Shown: in pieces, positions 61,287-64,000 of the stretch
Layout of the letters: each line of letters opens with the position of its first letter
Position numbering within the stretch: the stretch's first letter is position 1
NCBI GenBank assembly: GCA_963840035.1
Contig: CAWIXE010000002.1
Span: 736,001 to 800,000 of the forward strand
DNA: 64,000 bases
Origin: a candidate division FCPU426 bacterium
Lineage (GTDB): Bacteria; Oederibacteriota; PGYV01; Palsa-1178
Reading direction: 5' to 3'
Program-made: the position numbers and the translations under genes
Notes under the pieces: model-generated
What the model was told of the DNA's origin: nothing
Databases searched by the model: none
Seen by the model: the letters and a program-made list of their open reading frames with translations, nothing else

Positions 61287-61520
61287 GAAGCCTCCTCAAG
61301 GTTGATACTTGGTGAAGTCAAATGTCAAAAGTCAAAACTCAAAAGTGGAACTTGAAGTCAAAATCCCCAGAAACAATTATAAATGGCAAATCGTAAATAT
61401 ATTAGTATTATATAAGGTTTTTAGGTGAAAGTAAAGTGCGATATAATTGGTGGTATTGTATATAATAGTGTGTAAATTCATTTTGGCCGTAAAATATGTT
61501 TGTTTCCATTATAAACGACT

Positions 61521-61609
61521 TCCCCCTCTCCTCTTAGGAGAGGGGCCGGGGTGAGGTGAAACCAATTGGTTTGTTCCCCTCACCCTACCCTCTCCCAAGG
61601 GGAGAGGGA
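61521..61609. repeat. Inverted doublet of the CCCTCACCC-CCTCTCC repeat (BoxC-like)
   Basis: CCCCTCTCC-TCTTA-GGAGAGGGGCCGGGGTGAGG and, inverted, CCCCTCACCCTACCCTCTCCC-AAG-GGGAGAGGG. Confidence 0.8.
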
Positions 61610-61761
61610 AAAAAGAACAAAACAATTTACACACAATTCTTGACAATATCATAATTGGTTCGATATTTTTGATTTTCGCAGTGGCGAGCCGGCTTGCGCG
61701 TTGAGCAACAGCGAAAACGTGTGGCTCGTCAGGGTTTATGGTTTGTTTGATTTTGCCTTTC

Positions 61762-61786
61762 GTAGAGCCGCCGCTTGCTGCGGCTC
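61762..61786 (+). repeat. GTAG-type REP (family A-like), left arm
   Basis: GTAGAGCCGCCGCTTGCTGCGGCTC. Confidence 0.88.
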
Positions 61787-61812
61787 AGACGAGGTCTTAA
61801 CTTATCGCGGAT

Positions 61813-62220
61813 TTAGTAGTTGTTGGTTTTATTTCTTTCCAGTTTTTCGTAAATCTTTTCCTTTTTCATCTGCACTTCGTTTTCCCTTATTCTTCTGTAT
61901 TCGGATAAGATTTTAGCGTCTGTTTCCCATTCGAAATCAGAAATTAAGTATGTGATTATAGCGGTTAATCCAAATCCTGCGGCTGTTAAGGCTAAAAATG
62001 TTGGCTTCAATTCTTCTGGTGCGGCCATAGTGATTCCCGAACCAATAACACCGACGCTAATTGCAAACATACTGGAAAACATTGCTTGTTGTTGTGTTTT
62101 TTGTGTAATGATTTCTTCCTGGTACTTTTTATCCATGTTGTAATAGCTTGTAGGCAAATGTGCGCAGCCTGACAATAATAAAATTGTTGTAATAGTTATT
62201 GCGTGTTTTAAGATTTTCAT
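61813..62220 (-). CDS. AT-rich orphan lipoprotein with two hydrophobic helices
   Basis: Start 62220 after a GGGGA RBS. MKILK...LLSGC lipobox; charged helical C-tail. Confidence 0.75.
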   Translation of the reverse strand: MKILKHAITITTILLLSGCAHLPTSYYNMDKKYQEEIITQKTQQQAMFSSMFAISVGVIGSGITMAAPEELKPTFLALTAAGFGLTAIITYLISDFEWETDAKILSEYRRIRENEVQMKKEKIYEKLERNKTNNY

Positions 62221-62232
62221 CGTTTCCCCATT

Positions 62233-62257
62233 GAGCCGCAGCAAGCGGCGGCTCTAC
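62233..62257 (-). repeat. GTAG-type REP (family A-like), right arm
   Basis: Exact reverse complement of 61762-61786. Confidence 0.88.
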
Positions 62258-62341
62258 AAAAACGTTTTGTTTTGAATTGTCAATCGACAATCGTTAATAA
62301 ATGCAGTTAATTGAAAATTGAAAATATAAAATTGAAAATTA

Positions 62342-64000
62342 TCACTTTTTCCACGTAAACCATACATTCCCCGGCCCTGCCACCTGTTCGAGCTGGTGGA
62401 TTACGTCTTCGGTCACGTTTATTCTGCTTTCCTCGCTTAGCGTCATGTCAACTTCCTTGTTGTCCCTGGTCATGACGTGCATTATTACCGTTGATTCGCC
62501 CTTGTTGCGGGCTATTATGTTGTTTATTTCCTTGGCTGTGGTTTCTTCCAGGCCTATTTCGCGCAGTTTGATGTGCACGTATTTTCCCAGCGTGTGGTAG
62601 GCTTCTTTCATGGGGATTACACTTTCTAAAAACATTATGGCGTCGTCTCCGTAGAAGTTTGCCCTGGCTTTTATCATGAAGACGGCGTTTTCCTCAAAGA
62701 CCGGTTTTTCTTTGCGCGTCTTTTCGCTCACTATGACTTCGATTTTATCCGTTAAATCTTCGAGTATGAAGTGGAGCGTTTCCTCGCCTTTTGAGTTTAT
62801 CTTGTTCTGCAGATCGTGGATGATGCCGCCTGTTATGACAAATCCGGCTGACGGTCCCTCGCCTTTTTTGATTTCCTTGATGGTTGTTGAAACGTTCGCC
62901 AGCAGTTTCTGGTATTTCATCAGCGGGTGCGTGGATATGTATGTGCCGAGCACTTCTCGCTCAAAGGTCAGGCGCTGGCTCTCGGGCCATTCGCCAACGT
63001 CCGGCATCTGTACTTTTTCATCGGAAACTTCAAAAAGGCTGAACTGCCCTATTGCGGCGTCCTTCTGGAAACCTTCCGCTTTTTTCATGGCAAGCGGTAC
63101 GGCGGCGTACAGGCTTGCCCGGTCCTGGTAAATGGTATCAAACGCGCCGGCTTTAACGAGCGACTCTATGGTTTTTGAATTTACTATCCTGCCGTTTATC
63201 CTCCGGCAGAAGTCAAAAATGTCTGTGTAATCCCCTTTTTCTTTGCGTTCCCTGGCTATTTCCTCGGCGGCGCCGACGCCTACATTCTTAATGGCGGCAA
63301 GGGCGTATCTTATCATGCCGCGCTCGACTGAAAACTCAGCTTCGCTTTTATTAACGTCAGGCGGAAGTATTTTTACGCCATTGTTCCTGCAGTCGTCCAC
63401 GTAAAATGACGACTTGTCTATGCTTCCCATGATGCTTGTCAAAAGCGCGGCCATGTATTCGCCGGTAAAATGCGTTTTTAAGTATGCCGTCTGATATGCC
63501 AGAACCGCGTAAGCGGCCGCGTGTGATTTATTGAAGCCGTACTGCGAGAACTGGTTGAGCTTTTCAAAGAGTTCCTCTGCCTTGTCCTCGGGTATGTTGT
63601 TCTTTTCCTTCGCGCCTTTTACGAATTCCACGCGTATCTTTTTCATTTCCTTTTCTTTTTTCTTTGACATGGCCCTTCTGAGATTGTCAGCTTTTGTCAC
63701 GGTAAAGCCCGCCACTTCAACGGCTATCTGCATTACCTGCTCCTGATAAACGGCAATGCCGTATGTTTCCTTTAAGACCTTTTCCAGTATGGGAAAGTCA
63801 TACGTGACCGGCAGTAACCCCTTTTTACGCTTGATAAACTCATCTATGTACTTCATGGGCCCGGGCCTGAAAAGCGATATGATGGCTATAATATCCTCAA
63901 AAACAGTGGGTTTCATCTTGGTCAGAATGTCCCTCATGCCCTCGCTTTCAAGCTGAAACACGCCCTGGGTGTTACCCGCTGATAAGAGGTCATATATTTT
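62342..64000 (-). CDS. dnaE: DNA polymerase III alpha subunit, 5'-truncated by the window edge
   Basis: Open frame to the window end. GVFQLES.GM, LFRPGPM, YQEQVM, YGFNKSHAAAY, PPDVN.S, IKNVG, G.Y.S.HP. Confidence 0.98.
   Translation of the reverse strand, partial: KIYDLLSAGNTQGVFQLESEGMRDILTKMKPTVFEDIIAIISLFRPGPMKYIDEFIKRKKGLLPVTYDFPILEKVLKETYGIAVYQEQVMQIAVEVAGFTVTKADNLRRAMSKKKEKEMKKIRVEFVKGAKEKNNIPEDKAEELFEKLNQFSQYGFNKSHAAAYAVLAYQTAYLKTHFTGEYMAALLTSIMGSIDKSSFYVDDCRNNGVKILPPDVNKSEAEFSVERGMIRYALAAIKNVGVGAAEEIARERKEKGDYTDIFDFCRRINGRIVNSKTIESLVKAGAFDTIYQDRASLYAAVPLAMKKAEGFQKDAAIGQFSLFEVSDEKVQMPDVGEWPESQRLTFEREVLGTYISTHPLMKYQKLLANVSTTIKEIKKGEGPSAGFVITGGIIHDLQNKINSKGEETLHFILEDLTDKIEVIVSEKTRKEKPVFEENAVFMIKARANFYGDDAIMFLESVIPMKEAYHTLGKYVHIKLREIGLEETTAKEINNIIARNKGESTVIMHVMTRDNKEVDMTLSEESRINVTEDVIHQLEQVAGPGNVWFTWKK

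Noticed and set aside
61787..62232. Integron gene cassette
   Set aside because: No RYYYAAC...GTTRRRY attC structure and no integrase; the flanks are GTAG-REPs.
1..64000. rRNA, tRNA, transposase, prophage or defence genes
   Set aside because: None recognised. The remaining short ORFs in the track overlap well-supported genes and lack motifs.

Overview
Bacterial chromosomal window that appears to straddle the replication terminus. Almost every credible gene from 1 to 39.6 kb is on + and every gene from 41.2 to 64 kb is on -. They converge on a 1.6-kb gene-free gap that holds a canonical XerCD dif site (40496-40523), a tight trio of DnaA boxes and a 12-copy 18-bp tandem array. Left arm: MFS transporter, CHASE/multi-PAS histidine kinase with two receiver proteins, a CoA-activase/DUF2229 fusion, a split B12-dependent methionine synthase, a cellulose/xyloglucan locus (GH44, GH74, GH1, three full LacI regulators), a diguanylate cyclase, and a YgbA/HTH-less LacI cluster. 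Right arm: FecR/beta-barrel/OmpA/FGE-lipoprotein genes, secA, tatA, a block of TPR/MORN/WD40/SirB1 repeat proteins, a frameshifted SpoIID/LytB gene, pilB and partial dnaE. Non-coding DNA carries several GTAG-type REP doublets (one identical inverted pair encloses a whole AT-rich lipoprotein gene) and recurrent 32-bp heptad arrays. The two secreted glucanases share a very long Thr-x-Thr linker with a conserved TDYAGSPT motif and a T9SS-type-A-like C-terminal domain. This architecture suggests a diderm, cellulolytic lineage such as Ca. Goldbacteria (inference only). All family assignments are by motif recognition; no database search was run.
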